A DNA stretch of 64,000 bases from the NCBI RefSeq assembly GCF_001194135.2, contig NC_068990.1, forward strand, positions 56,770,950 through 56,834,949, read 5' to 3'. Below, in pieces: positions 51,966 through 63,000 of the stretch (positions within the stretch are counted from its first letter, which is position 1; every line of letters begins with the position of its first letter). A model generated the notes under the pieces. That model did no database searches, was not told where the DNA came from, and saw nothing but the letters and a program-made list of their open reading frames with translations. The position numbers and the translations under genes were made by a program. This stretch comes from Octopus bimaculoides. Its lineage: Eukaryota.

Positions 51966-52954
51966 ATTACTTAACATGTGTTTTTTACATGGCACCAGCA
52001 TCAATGCTTTTTATATGGTATCAGTTCCAACAGGGTTATCAAAGAACTTGCAAGACAAAAATCTCCTCAACCAGGAGGAGGGAGTAGAAGTGAGGAGGGT
52101 GCATGGATGCCAGGAAAATATATTCTGTATGCCACATGTGATACACAGGAGAGGCAAATGTTTAAATTACAGATACAAGCTAGTTTCATTTGCAAAATTT
52201 GACTCAACCTGAGCTTACGATAAAACACACTTACCTAACATGTCCCATAGGGGAATCGAATCCAGAATCTCTTGAGTGCAAAGTGAACTTCGTAACCACT
52301 AGGCCATGCTGCATCCAGAAAATATACAACATCACACGGTAAAGAGAAGAAGAAAAGGGAAAAAAGGGAATGAAAACTGATGCGTGCAATATTTCCTGCT
52401 TTTGACATGTCATTGTAGAATATGGTAAATGCAATATAAGAAGATACCATTGGAATAATTTCTTTAAAAAGAACAAGATGAAGTGTTGTTGAAGAAGAAT
52501 TCACTTAAGTTTGGAAATATTATGATATTCAAAGAAGTAGATTCAGCCAAAGAAACATGCTAAATTCTTTAGAAATGTGACATCTGGAATATAACTGATA
52601 CAAACTATATTCAACTTGATAAGTGCACACAATATTCAATTTTAATCAAAATTGCAAAGCAAGGATAAATAGACCAGTAACAAAACTGAATATTACATCA
52701 TGGATTGCATACAAAAGTGAATGTGATATAAGAGAAGTGAATTATTTGATCCATTTATGTGTTTCAAAAGAGTAGAGAAAGAGATTCACTATAATTCTTA
52801 AATTAAACATTTTATTCTTGCCAAGAGTGAAATCATGTAAGATCCAATTCAAATGAAAAATTTTCACACAGAGAAATTTAAATAGCAAAGTTATCATATG
52901 AGCGGTTTTGTTGCTGGCTGAGTTAACAGGGAGCTAGTCTACTAGGTGAATGGT

Positions 52955-53350
52955 TATCATCATCATTGTCATCGTTGTTGTCATCATCATTGTCATCATC
53001 ATCGTCTCCTTCATTATCATCACCGTCTCCTTCATCATCATCATCATCACCTTCATAATCATCATCGTCATCATCATCATCACCTTCATAATCATCATCA
53101 TCATCATCATCGTCACCTTCATTATCATCATCATCACCTTCATTATCATCATCGTCATCATCATCATCACCTTCATAATCATCATCGTCATCATCATCAT
53201 CATCACCTTCATTATCATCGTCATCATCATCATCACCTTCATAATCATTATCATCATCATCATCGTCATCATCATTGTCATCATCATCAACCTCCTCATT
53301 CTCATTGTCGACGTTGCCGTTGATGTCATTATTGTCTCATCATCGTCATC
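52955..53350. repeat. Degenerate (ATC)n trinucleotide array with a ~27-33-bp higher-order unit
   Basis: CATCATCACCTTCAT(A/T)ATCATCATCGT recurs; produces spurious poly-His, poly-Ile and poly-Met ORFs. Confidence 0.9.
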
Positions 53351-53629
53351 ATCCTCAACATTGTTGCCGTCATTTTTATTTCTGCTTTTACTTCTCTGGC
53401 ATAGGTTGGAAGAGACTTATTGAGACAAAATTCTATGACCAGAAGCTCTTAATGACACTAAACTGTTATCTGTTTTTGAAATAAAGTATTATTACTCCAC
53501 CAGTCTTCATGCATCAAAATTGCTGAAACAGCTAAATTACAGGACAAATTATTTACAGAATACATAAACATAATTTCACTATTGCAGGATCGGCACCAAA
53601 TGCAAAGATACATCACCATCATCATCATT

Positions 53630-53956
53630 GGCGTAAGAGTGGCTGTGTGGTAAGTAGCTTGCTTACGAATCACATGGTCCCGGGTTCAGTCCCACCGTGT
53701 AGCACCTTGAGCAAATGTCTTCTACTATAGCCTAGGGCCGACCAAAGCCTTGTAAGTGGATTTGGTAGACGGAAACTGAAAGAAGCCCATCATATATATA
53801 TGTATATATATATATATATGTATGTGTGTCTGTGTTTGTCCTCCCAACATTGCTTGACAACCGATGCTGGTGTGTTTACATCCCCGTAACTTAGCGGTTC
53901 GGCAAAAGAGACCGATAGAATAAGTACTAGGCTTACAAAGAATAAGTCCTGGGGTC
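53630..53956 (+). mobile_element. Young SINE family A running into a gap
   Basis: Near-consensus and CpG-rich (GGTCCCGGGTTCAGTCCCACCG, TTAGCGGTTCGGCAAAAGAGACCG). Confidence 0.9.
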
Positions 53957-54510
53957 NNNNNNNNNNNNNNNNNNNNNNNNNNNNNNNNNNNNNNNNNNNN
54001 NNNNNNNNNNNNNNNNNNNNNNNNNNNNNNNNNNNNNNNNNNNNNNNNNNNNNNNNNNNNNNNNNNNNNNNNNNNNNNNNNNNNNNNNNNNNNNNNNNNN
54101 NNNNNNNNNNNNNNNNNNNNNNNNNNNNNNNNNNNNNNNNNNNNNNNNNNNNNNNNNNNNNNNNNNNNNNNNNNNNNNNNNNNNNNNNNNNNNNNNNNNN
54201 NNNNNNNNNNNNNNNNNNNNNNNNNNNNNNNNNNNNNNNNNNNNNNNNNNNNNNNNNNNNNNNNNNNNNNNNNNNNNNNNNNNNNNNNNNNNNNNNNNNN
54301 NNNNNNNNNNNNNNNNNNNNNNNNNNNNNNNNNNNNNNNNNNNNNNNNNNNNNNNNNNNNNNNNNNNNNNNNNNNNNNNNNNNNNNNNNNNNNNNNNNNN
54401 NNNNNNNNNNNNNNNNNNNNNNNNNNNNNNNNNNNNNNNNNNNNNNNNNNNNNNNNNNNNNNNNNNNNNNNNNNNNNNNNNNNNNNNNNNNNNNNNNNNN
54501 NNNNNNNNNN

Positions 54511-54571
<61 letters not shown>

Positions 54572-54611
54572 GTATGTATATGTATATATATATGTATATA
54601 TCTCTTTTGTA

Positions 54612-55002
54612 TTTCATCTTTTATCTGTTTCAGTCATTTGTCTGTGGCCATGCTGGGGCACCACCATGAAGTGTATCAGTCGAATGAATTCACACCAGGA
54701 AACTCCATTTTTTTTCTTTTGAAGTGTAGTACTAATTCTATTGGTTTCCTTTGCTGAACAGCTAAGTTATGGGAACTGTTATGTCGACGCCCCCAAATGA
54801 TGAAGTAGGCTAGCCCAATACGTAGATACAGACGGAGAAGTCTAGACGTCTGGATAGTTGAGTAGAAATCATCTGAATGTGCAATATAACAGTGGCAATG
54901 AGGATTCCGTAGCTCACACAGCCACTGTGTAGTATTGCAATATAGCAGGGACGTAAATACAGACACAAAGACACACACACACACACACACACACACACTT
55001 AC

Positions 55003-55057
<55 letters not shown>

Positions 55058-55195
55058 NNNNNNNNNNAAATCCACTCACGAGGCTTTGGTAAGCCTGAAG
55101 CTATAGAAAAAGACACCTGCCCAAGGTGCCCTGCAGTGGGACTGAACCTGGAGCCATGTGGTCGGGAAGCAAGCTTCTTACCATATAGCCACACC
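54612..55195 (-). mobile_element. SINE family A containing a solo-LTR-like insert
   Basis: 3' module is split at 54776/54948; head at 55070-55195. Confidence 0.8.
54777..54947. mobile_element. Short solo-LTR-like element (171 bp)
   Basis: TGTTAT...ATAGCA termini; 5-bp TSD GGAAC/GGGAC with one mismatch; related to 62482-62658. Confidence 0.7.
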
Positions 55196-55576
55196 TATAT
55201 GTGTGGAGTGTGTGTGTTTAAAATGGGGTGGTCTGCTAGTGAATCAAAAGCTTATGAAGATAATGAAGTGGTACGTGTATAACTACTCACATATTTGATA
55301 TTTTTAACTAAATGTTGTGCATCAAATAAAAAATAGAAGAAAACTGATATGTTGTCTCATAGATTTTTGTAACTAGAATGGAAAACTAAAAAATTAAAAT
55401 CTTGAGAGGAAGGAAAAGATACAAGAAAAAATATTTTCATATAACTTACATTTAACAAGATACTTAAAGACCTGCTTAGCTTTTCTACATGCACAATATA
55501 TATATACATGTATACACACACACACACACATAACCCTATACTTACATATATATCTGGATATATACATAGATATATG

Positions 55577-55645
<69 letters not shown>

Positions 55646-55662
55646 ATATCTANNNNNNNNNN

Positions 55663-55712
<50 letters not shown>

Positions 55713-56249
55713 ATATCTAACTTTCTATATATATATATAAATATATATATATATGTGTGTAAATTTGCATTCACATCATTAAAATCACAATGTCTTATAT
55801 CATACCAGTTATGGATTTACCTTCATTCTGACAAACTAGAAATCCTGGTAGCATACGAACAGATTAAAAGCTCTGCTTGCTAAATCCATCACTGAATAAT
55901 TCTGTTCTTTATCACACTCCATAATGTCACAGCATTGCACATACTAAAATTTTAGGCATTGCATGCAACACATAAAGGATATAGTAACCCTCATGAAAAG
56001 ATGACTAAACACTCTTCGGCCGTTGCCATTACAACTGACAGAAATAATGAAACTATCAACAGTTTTACATTATATCAGGTTTATTGTTACAATGCATGGG
56101 TTAAAATAATACTAACTTCAATGAATCATTGAAAATAACACCTTTTTATTCTATAACAAGCTACATTTGTTGATCACCTCCACAAAAATTGCTCAGACTA
56201 AAAAAATTAAACAAGAACAAAATGCAGTTTAATAAACTTAACGTGTTAT

Positions 56250-56550
56250 TCATGGCTTAATGATGGGTTTTCAGCTCTGGGTTCAATTCCCAGAGATGTG
56301 TTGTGTCCTGAGCAAGGCACTTTTATTTCTTGTTGTTCCAGTTCACTCAGCTGACAAAAACGTAGTTGTACATGCAGTTCAAAGGGCCCACCTTGTCACA
56401 TTCTGCATCACAATGAATCTCTCAGAGAGCTACATAAAGGGTATGCATGTCTGGGGAGTGCTCAGCTACTTGCATGTTAATTTCACAAGCAAGCTGTTCC
56501 AGTGATCAGATCAACTGGAACGATTGTCATCATAACGGATGCAGAGCCAG
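56250..56550 (+). mobile_element. SINE family C
   Basis: GGGTTCAATTCC B box, GTGTCCTGAGCAAGGCACTT, body ending GATCAACTGGAAC. Confidence 0.8.
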
Positions 56551-56882
56551 GCCGTTTATGACTCCTACCTATTGTGAACAGCCTTGCATATACATGTTTA
56601 ACCTCTTCTCAGCTACACAATACTCAACTACACACCAGGAAATTATAATAAGGTCCTTAAAATAGATATCAATATGTATGTACTTGCAATGAGTTCGTGG
56701 ATGGCTAATGTGGTGTTGAAGGAAGAAGGCACAAGAGCTCCTGAAATATGGCATATACACCCATCACCTATTTCTCCATCTTTGATCGCTTTGTTTACAT
56801 TAGACATGTTCGGATATGAAACGTCATAACAAATTAGCGCTGGCTATAATTTCTATAGATAATCTGTAGAAATAACCTTAAA

Positions 56883-57020
56883 AAGTACTTTAGAATACAG
56901 GTTTCAAAAATGTGGCATCTAAGGATAACGGTTATACCTGTAATAATCAGATCTTTGTGGACAATAACAAATGGCATTCTTAAATACTAAGGCCTAATAC
57001 CAGGATACCCAAAAGTATCA
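56883..57020 (+). mobile_element. R4/Dong-like (REL-endonuclease) non-LTR element, C-terminal relic
   Basis: KYFRIQVSKMWHLRITVIPVIIRSLWTITNGILKY*GLIPGYP resembles KY-DL--E--RMW-L-T--IP-I-GALG-I-KG--KY---IPG. Confidence 0.6.
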
Positions 57021-57160
57021 GTATATGTTGACGGTGACAGCAACAACAACAACAGCAGCAGCAGCAGCAGCAACAACAACAACAATAATAATCCTTTCTT
57101 TTCTACTGGTGGCACAAGGCCCCCAACAACATCAACAACAATAATAATAATAATATAAAT

Positions 57161-57490
57161 GAAAATGTAGAGGCTATACCTGGACCCTCAACACTATACA
57201 CTGTCTAAACAATAGCCCTGCTCAGAACAGTCTACATCCTCTACAAGACATCATCAATTCAATAGTATATTCCAAATAAAACAATCCACAAACACAAGAC
57301 ACTTCGTAAATAAATATGCAATAAAATTAACAACCCCTACAACATGTACTCTACAGGTGAGATACCCAACAGAAGAAACATGCTTAAGTAAGAACATTAC
57401 TTGCATAACACACAATGCAAACACTATGACAAAAGACTGCAGCCAAACCCCATGACAACACAAATTGATGCAATACAAGCTACAGTGAAA
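57161..57490 (+). mobile_element. Second R4/Dong-like ORF terminus plus A/C-rich 3' UTR
   Basis: AIPGPSTLYTV*TIALLRTVYILYKTSSIQ* resembles IPG---L--IQK-ALLGTAHILRKTLSI; preceded by (TAA)n. Confidence 0.55.
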
Positions 57491-57499
57491 AAGGCTAGC

Positions 57500-57765
57500 C
57501 ACTGGATTTGGTTAAAAAGAGACGATGAGCGATGGGTAGAAGAATATTGAGCTTTATTTGATAATGAGTTGATCTAGTAAGCAGGCCTCATATCAGGGAG
57601 GTGGGGTGGCTGTCAAGAGATAGGCCCCAAAACGGCACACATTCTCTCCTGATGGCCCCATACGCTTACTGGCTTCTGGCACGAGGAGCTTTCAACTGGT
57701 AGCAGTTGCATGTACAAGTTGTTCGCAAAACATCATTGGGAAGGATTTGTGTCGCCCCACACCCT
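57500..57765 (-). mobile_element. Possible LTR fragment
   Basis: GC-richer island; minus strand starts TGTGGGG and contains AATAAA near its 3' end; no TSD found. Confidence 0.3.
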
Positions 57766-57829
57766 AACACCAACACCTCAACAATACAGAGGCGTAGCAG
57801 GTAATGCAGTAGAAATTTGCTTGAAACTA

Positions 57830-57843
57830 CAACATTTTGAATA

Positions 57844-57887
<44 letters not shown>

Positions 57888-59160
57888 GATGATAATAATA
57901 ATAATCCTTTCAACTGGAGGCACAAGGCTTTAAATTTGTGAGGTGGGGACTAGTCGATTATATCGACTCCAGTGTTTTACTGGTACTCAATTTATCGACT
58001 CTGAAAGGATAAAAGGCTAAGTCGACCTTGGCAGAATTTGAACTCAGAACATTGCAGACATGAAATACCTCTAAGCATTTCACGTGGTGTGCTAATGATT
58101 CTGCTCACTCATTGCCTTAATAATGATAATAGTCCTTCTACTAGTGGATTACATTGACCCAAGTGTTTCACAGGTACTTAATTTATCAACCTCAAAAGGA
58201 TGAAAGGCAAAGTCAACCTTGGCAGAATTTGAACTCAGAATGTGCAGATAGATGAAATACCTCTAAGCATTTCACCTGGCATGCTAACAATTCTGTTCAC
58301 TCACTTCCTTGAGGATAATAATAATGATTTCCAATTCTTGCCACAAGGGCAGTTGGCAGAGGGGATCAAGTCGATTACATCGAGCCCAGTTTGTAACTGG
58401 TACTTATTTAATCGACCCCACCGAAAGGATGAAAGGCAAAGTCGGCTTCAACGGAATTTGAACTCAGAACGTAGATGGGCAAAATACCGCTGAGCATTTT
58501 GACTGGTGTGCTAATAATTCTGCCAGTTAGCTGCTCTAATAATAATAATAATAATGCCACCACCACCAACAACAACAACTATTATCTTAAATTTTATTGT
58601 TCTAAAGAATTTTTATTGAGCACTCACATGAACACCTTTTTTTTTTAATCCTTAGCATTTTTCAAAATCATACAAGCATTAAATATATTTAGAACATCTT
58701 ATCCATTATTTCAGGTATTTGGGTGATGCTCAGTGGATAATGTGGAAATACAGCAGATGTCAAGAAAAAAGTTTTATTTTCCATAATAATAATAATCCTT
58801 TCTACTAAAGGCACAAGGTCTGAAATTTGTGGGGAGAGGAGTTTCAGCCTCAGGGTTTCACTAGTATTTAATTTATCGATCCTGAAAGGATGAATGGCAA
58901 AAATCAACCGTAACAGGATTTGAACTCAGAACATAAAGATGATCAATATATTACTAAACATTTCATCTGGCATGCTAACGATCCTGCCAGTTCACCACCT
59001 TTTTCATAATAATAATAATAATATTTAACCTAGGCACACAGTCACAAATTTTACAGAAAGGATATTGACTACAGCAAATTGAGTACCAGACAGATATTCA
59101 TATTTTGTCAACCCAACAAGGTGGAATGTTAAAGTAAACCATGGTGAGATTTGAATTCAA
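57830..59160 (-). mobile_element. Cluster of five family B copies with (AAT)n spacers
   Basis: GAAAGGATGAAAGGCAAAGTC..GAATTTGAACTCAGAAC recurs at ~58005, 58195, 58425, 58885 and (decayed) 59120. Confidence 0.85.
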
Positions 59161-59414
59161 AATCAATAATAATTATGTCATGTGAGAAAGTCTGATTAAT
59201 ACTATTTCTTTACACCATCATCACAAATCCTGTTTCCATGGCAATTATTTCATTTATGAAGAATTGCAAAAGTTACAAAAGTCTATCAGGTCTGATGATC
59301 TTTGTCTTAGGATTTTGACCATGTCACTTCTTCTTACTGCATGTATGAGTCCTCTACTAAGGGGAACCATTTTCTGCACAAGCATATGTCATATGTATGT
59401 ATGTGTGTATGTAT

Positions 59415-60195
59415 AGGTGCAGGAGTGGCTGTGTGGTGAGTAGCTTGCTTCCAAACACATGGTTCAGGGTTCAGTCCCACTGCGTGTGACACCTTGGGTA
59501 AGTGTCTTCTACTGTAGCTTCGGGCCAACCAAAGCCTTGTGAGTGGATTTGGTAGATGGAAACTGAAAGAAGCCTGTTGTATATAAATATGTATATGTAT
59601 GCATGTATGTATTTGTCTGTCTGTGTTTGTCCCCCTACTATCGCTTTACAACCGATGTTGGTGTGTTTATGTCCCCATAACTTAGCAGTTCAACAAAATA
59701 GACTAACAGAATAAGTACTAGGCTTACAAAGAATAAGATCTGGGGTCGGTTTGTTCAATTAAAGACCGTGCTCTAGCGGGGCTCCAGTCAAATGACTGAA
59801 ACAAATAAAAGAATATATAGTGGCTGTATGATAAGAACCTCGCTTCCTAACAACATGGATCTAGGTTTCAGTCCCACTTGCATGGGCAAGTGTCTTCTAC
59901 TATAGCCTTGAGCTGACCATTGCCTTGTGAGTGGATTTGGTAGATGGAAACTGAAAGAAGCCCGTCGTGTATATATATGTATATATCTGTGTGTGTGTCT
60001 GTGTTTGTCTCCCCACCATTGCTTGACGACCGATGTTGGTGTGTTTACGTTCCTGTAACTTAGCAGTTTGGCAAAGGAGACCAACAGAGTAAGTACTAGT
60101 CTTACAAGGCATAAGTCCTGGGGTTGATTTCTCTGACTAAAGGTGATGCTCCAGCATGGCTGCAGTCAAAAGACGGAAACAAGTAAAAGAATAAA
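59415..60195 (+). mobile_element. Two tandem SINE family A copies (59415-59813, 59815-60195)
   Basis: Head and 3' module present twice. Confidence 0.85.
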
Positions 60196-60558
60196 TAAAA
60201 AAAATAAAATATATATAAAATGATAAAAGTGGCTAGACAATATAAAACCAAAAAGCAAAAATTCAGTTGTCACTAATAGTGACTAAGGGTGCAGTGAAGG
60301 ACCTATATTGCTAGAAACAAGAGTCAAAGGCCCTTATAGCTACAAACAGAACACAAGTCTATGTCCTGACAGGGAAGTTAACTGCCTTACACATGTGTGT
60401 GCGTGTGATATATACAAATCTATCCATCTATATATATACAAGAATAAGGGCAGGGAATCGTCAATTAATAATAGAATTAATAATTAACAATTTTGCCAAG
60501 TAGTTCAGTATGAAAAAACCTTTATCGGTAAAACCATTTATCATCATAAATAGACAGG

Positions 60559-60815
60559 GATTAGTATTGAGTTGCTTCTCCAACATACTGAAAATTTAGA
60601 AATAGCAGTCAAAGAACTACTGATTCTAAACTACAAATTTTTCTCTAAATGGATGGCGATATTTGTGGCACACATGCTTTCCCCTCCGGTTTTTTGTTCT
60701 ATGTGTGCCACAAATATCGCCATCCATTTAGAGAAATTTGTAGTTTAGAATCAGTAGTTCTTTGACTGCTATTTCTAAATTTTCAGTATGTTGGAGAAGC
60801 AACTCAATGCTAATC
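60559..60815. repeat. Near-perfect inverted repeat: 117/115-bp arms, 25-nt spacer
   Basis: Arms 60559-60675 and 60701-60815 differ by one substitution and a 2-nt indel in a T/A run. Confidence 0.95.
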
Positions 60816-60816
60816 A

Positions 60817-60851
<35 letters not shown>

Positions 60852-61616
60852 CATTTTGGTTTCAACCTTGGAGTTTGCTTTAGAAAGAGGACACAATATT
60901 ATAAGTTGAGTAACAATGTCATTCTATGTTTTCCTTGTGTCACTCATCTTTTACATATCCACTGCTGTTAAAGTGAGGTATACCCATATATCCTCATTTT
61001 TGATTAAATATCTGTTTGTTATATTACAATTACACATCCAACAACTATATAAGATTTTATTTAAATTTGATTAGCAATGACAAAGATTTGAAGTCTGTGA
61101 GAAGTGAAAAATTCAAGTGTCATTTGCATGGAGTAGCAAATGCTCAGATAAAAGGAACCACGGAAACATGTCTTGAGGTTTCAAATTTATGATAGGATTA
61201 TTTCATTTGCAATTTCTCACTTTTGTTGTTGGATTATAAAAGATTATTGTCAGAAATGTCAAAGCAATGGTTAGGTGTAACCATTTCTAGTGTTCACTAT
61301 CAGCACTTTGGGGATGGGTTTATACAGATACACTTTTGAGGTTAAATATCTGCAGATCTCAAAAGGACACTTGAAAATCAAATAACAGAAATATAAGCGA
61401 AGTGACAGAACCATATGCAAAGATAAACTACAATAAAAGGAAGATGGCTGAAAACATTGTTTAATGGATTTCAGTTTCATGTAATTTAATATTATCATAC
61501 TAATATATCAAGTTTGCAATGGAAAAATTTAAAAAAAAAAGATAGACAAAATAAATGTTTGGAGAAGAAGCTGTCTAAATCTAAATATAAAAATGTTTAA
61601 GTTCAAAATGTACAAG

Positions 61617-62012
61617 TACAGGTGTGGCTGTGTCATAAGTAGCTTGCTTCCCTACCACATGGTTCTGAGTTCAGTCTCACTGTGTGGCACCTTGAGCAAG
61701 TGTCTTCTACTATAGCCTTGAGTTGACCATAGCCTTCTGAGTAAATTTGGTAGAGGGAAAGTGCAAGAGGTCTGTTGTAAATAAACATATATATCTATGT
61801 ATATGTCTTTGTGTCTGTGTTTGTCTCCCACCACCACTTGATGACCGGTGTTGGTGTGTTTACATCCCTCATGACTTAGCAGTTCAGAAAAAGGGGCTGA
61901 CAGAATAAATACCAGGCTGGAAGAAAATACTGGGGGTCAATTCATTCTACTAAAAGTTCCTCAAGAAAATGCCCCAGCATGACCACAGTCCAATGACTGA
62001 AACAAGTAAATG
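61617..62012 (+). mobile_element. SINE family A
   Basis: Head and 3' module present. Confidence 0.85.
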
Positions 62013-62379
62013 ATAAGAGATGAAAGGATGATATGATTGCATCCCTTTATACTGCTGTGACTATCATCACAGCTTCTTAAATTTTGTTGTTGTTATTGTT
62101 GCTTAAACTCAAGTCGTCCCTGATTAAGTAGATTTATGATCTGATCAAAGATATTCCAGCCTTACTTATTCTCCATACTTAAATTCTTTTGAGTTGCTTC
62201 AATCATTTCTCTGTGGTTATGCTGGAGCACAACCTTGAAGGGTTTTCGTCAAACAAATTGATCTCATGACTTGTACTTATTCCATTGGGTTCTTTTGCTG
62301 AACCACTAGGTTATGGAGGCGTCAGCACACCCACACTGATGTCAAGTGGTGATGGGAGGACAAACATAGACACAAAGAT

Positions 62380-62428
<49 letters not shown>

Positions 62429-62481
62429 TACGATGGGCTTCTTTCATTATTTACATTCGATGAATATTTGTCTTCATCTTG

Positions 62482-62658
62482 TGTTGTGTCGACGCCCCGA
62501 GGCGAAGAAGTAGGATCTCCCAAGACATATAAATAGAGGTAGTCTGGCCGTGGTAGGAGTGTTGAGTAGCAGTCGAGTAGCTGTTGAGTAGCAGTCATGT
62601 AGCAGTTGAGTAGAAATCATCCGAAGGTGCTAGATAGCAGTAGAGTTGAGAGATAACA
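62482..62658. mobile_element. Short solo-LTR-like element (177 bp)
   Basis: TGTTG...TAACA termini; perfect 5-bp TSD TCTTG. Confidence 0.8.
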
Positions 62659-62672
62659 TCTTGCTTGTTGTT

Positions 62673-62718
62673 AACACAACGTTTCAGCTGATATACTCTC
62701 CAGCCTTCATCAGGTGTC
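62673..62718 (-). ncRNA. Minimal type I hammerhead ribozyme, catalytic core intact
   Basis: GACAC-CUGAUGA-A-GGCUG-(GAGAGUAUAU)-CAGCU-GAAA-CG-UU-GUGUU: helix I GACAC/GUGUU, helix II GGCUG/CAGCU, palindromic AACGUU in place of helix III. Confidence 0.75.
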
Positions 62719-62792
62719 TTGGGGGAAATTTCGAACCTGGGTTCTCATTCCTAAGGTATTTTTCAATGTTATTATTATTATTATTATTGTTT

Positions 62793-62866
62793 GGGTCACT
62801 GCTTGGAATTGAACTCGGAATCTTGGGGTTAGTAGCCCGTGCTCTTAACCACTACGCCATATGCCC
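62793..62866 (-). promoter_or_regulatory. tRNA-like head with Pol III A and B boxes (not a functional tRNA)
   Basis: GGGCATA-TGGCGTAGTGG-TTAAGAGCAC-GGG-CTACTAA-CCC-CAAGATTCC-GAGTTCAATTCC; the acceptor stem does not pair. Confidence 0.75.
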
Positions 62867-62957
62867 GTGGGCATATGGCATAGTGAACAATAATAATAAT
62901 AATAATAACATCGAAAAATACCTTACGAATGAGAACCCAGGTTTGAAATTTGCCCAA

Positions 62958-63000
62958 GACACCTAATGAAGGCTGGAGGGTATATCAGCCGAAATGTGTT
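62958..63000 (+). ncRNA. Decayed hammerhead copy in the opposite arm
   Basis: GACAC-CUAAUGA-A-GGCUG...CAGCC-GAAA-U-GUGUU: G5 changed to A and CGU deleted before the cleavage site. Confidence 0.65.

Noticed and set aside
52934-53423. Poly-His, poly-Met and poly-Ile ORFs
   Set aside because: The (ATC)n repeat lacks stops in these frames, and there is no splice or codon evidence.
57830-59160. CRISPR-like repeat-spacer array
   Set aside because: The units are ~200-bp diverged SINE copies with microsatellite spacers in a eukaryotic context, and no cas genes are present.
62793-62866. tRNA gene
   Set aside because: A/B boxes and an anticodon-like arm are present, but the acceptor stem does not pair and it is embedded in a TSD-bounded element. 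The same applies to the SINE heads at 3493, 28015 and 28718.
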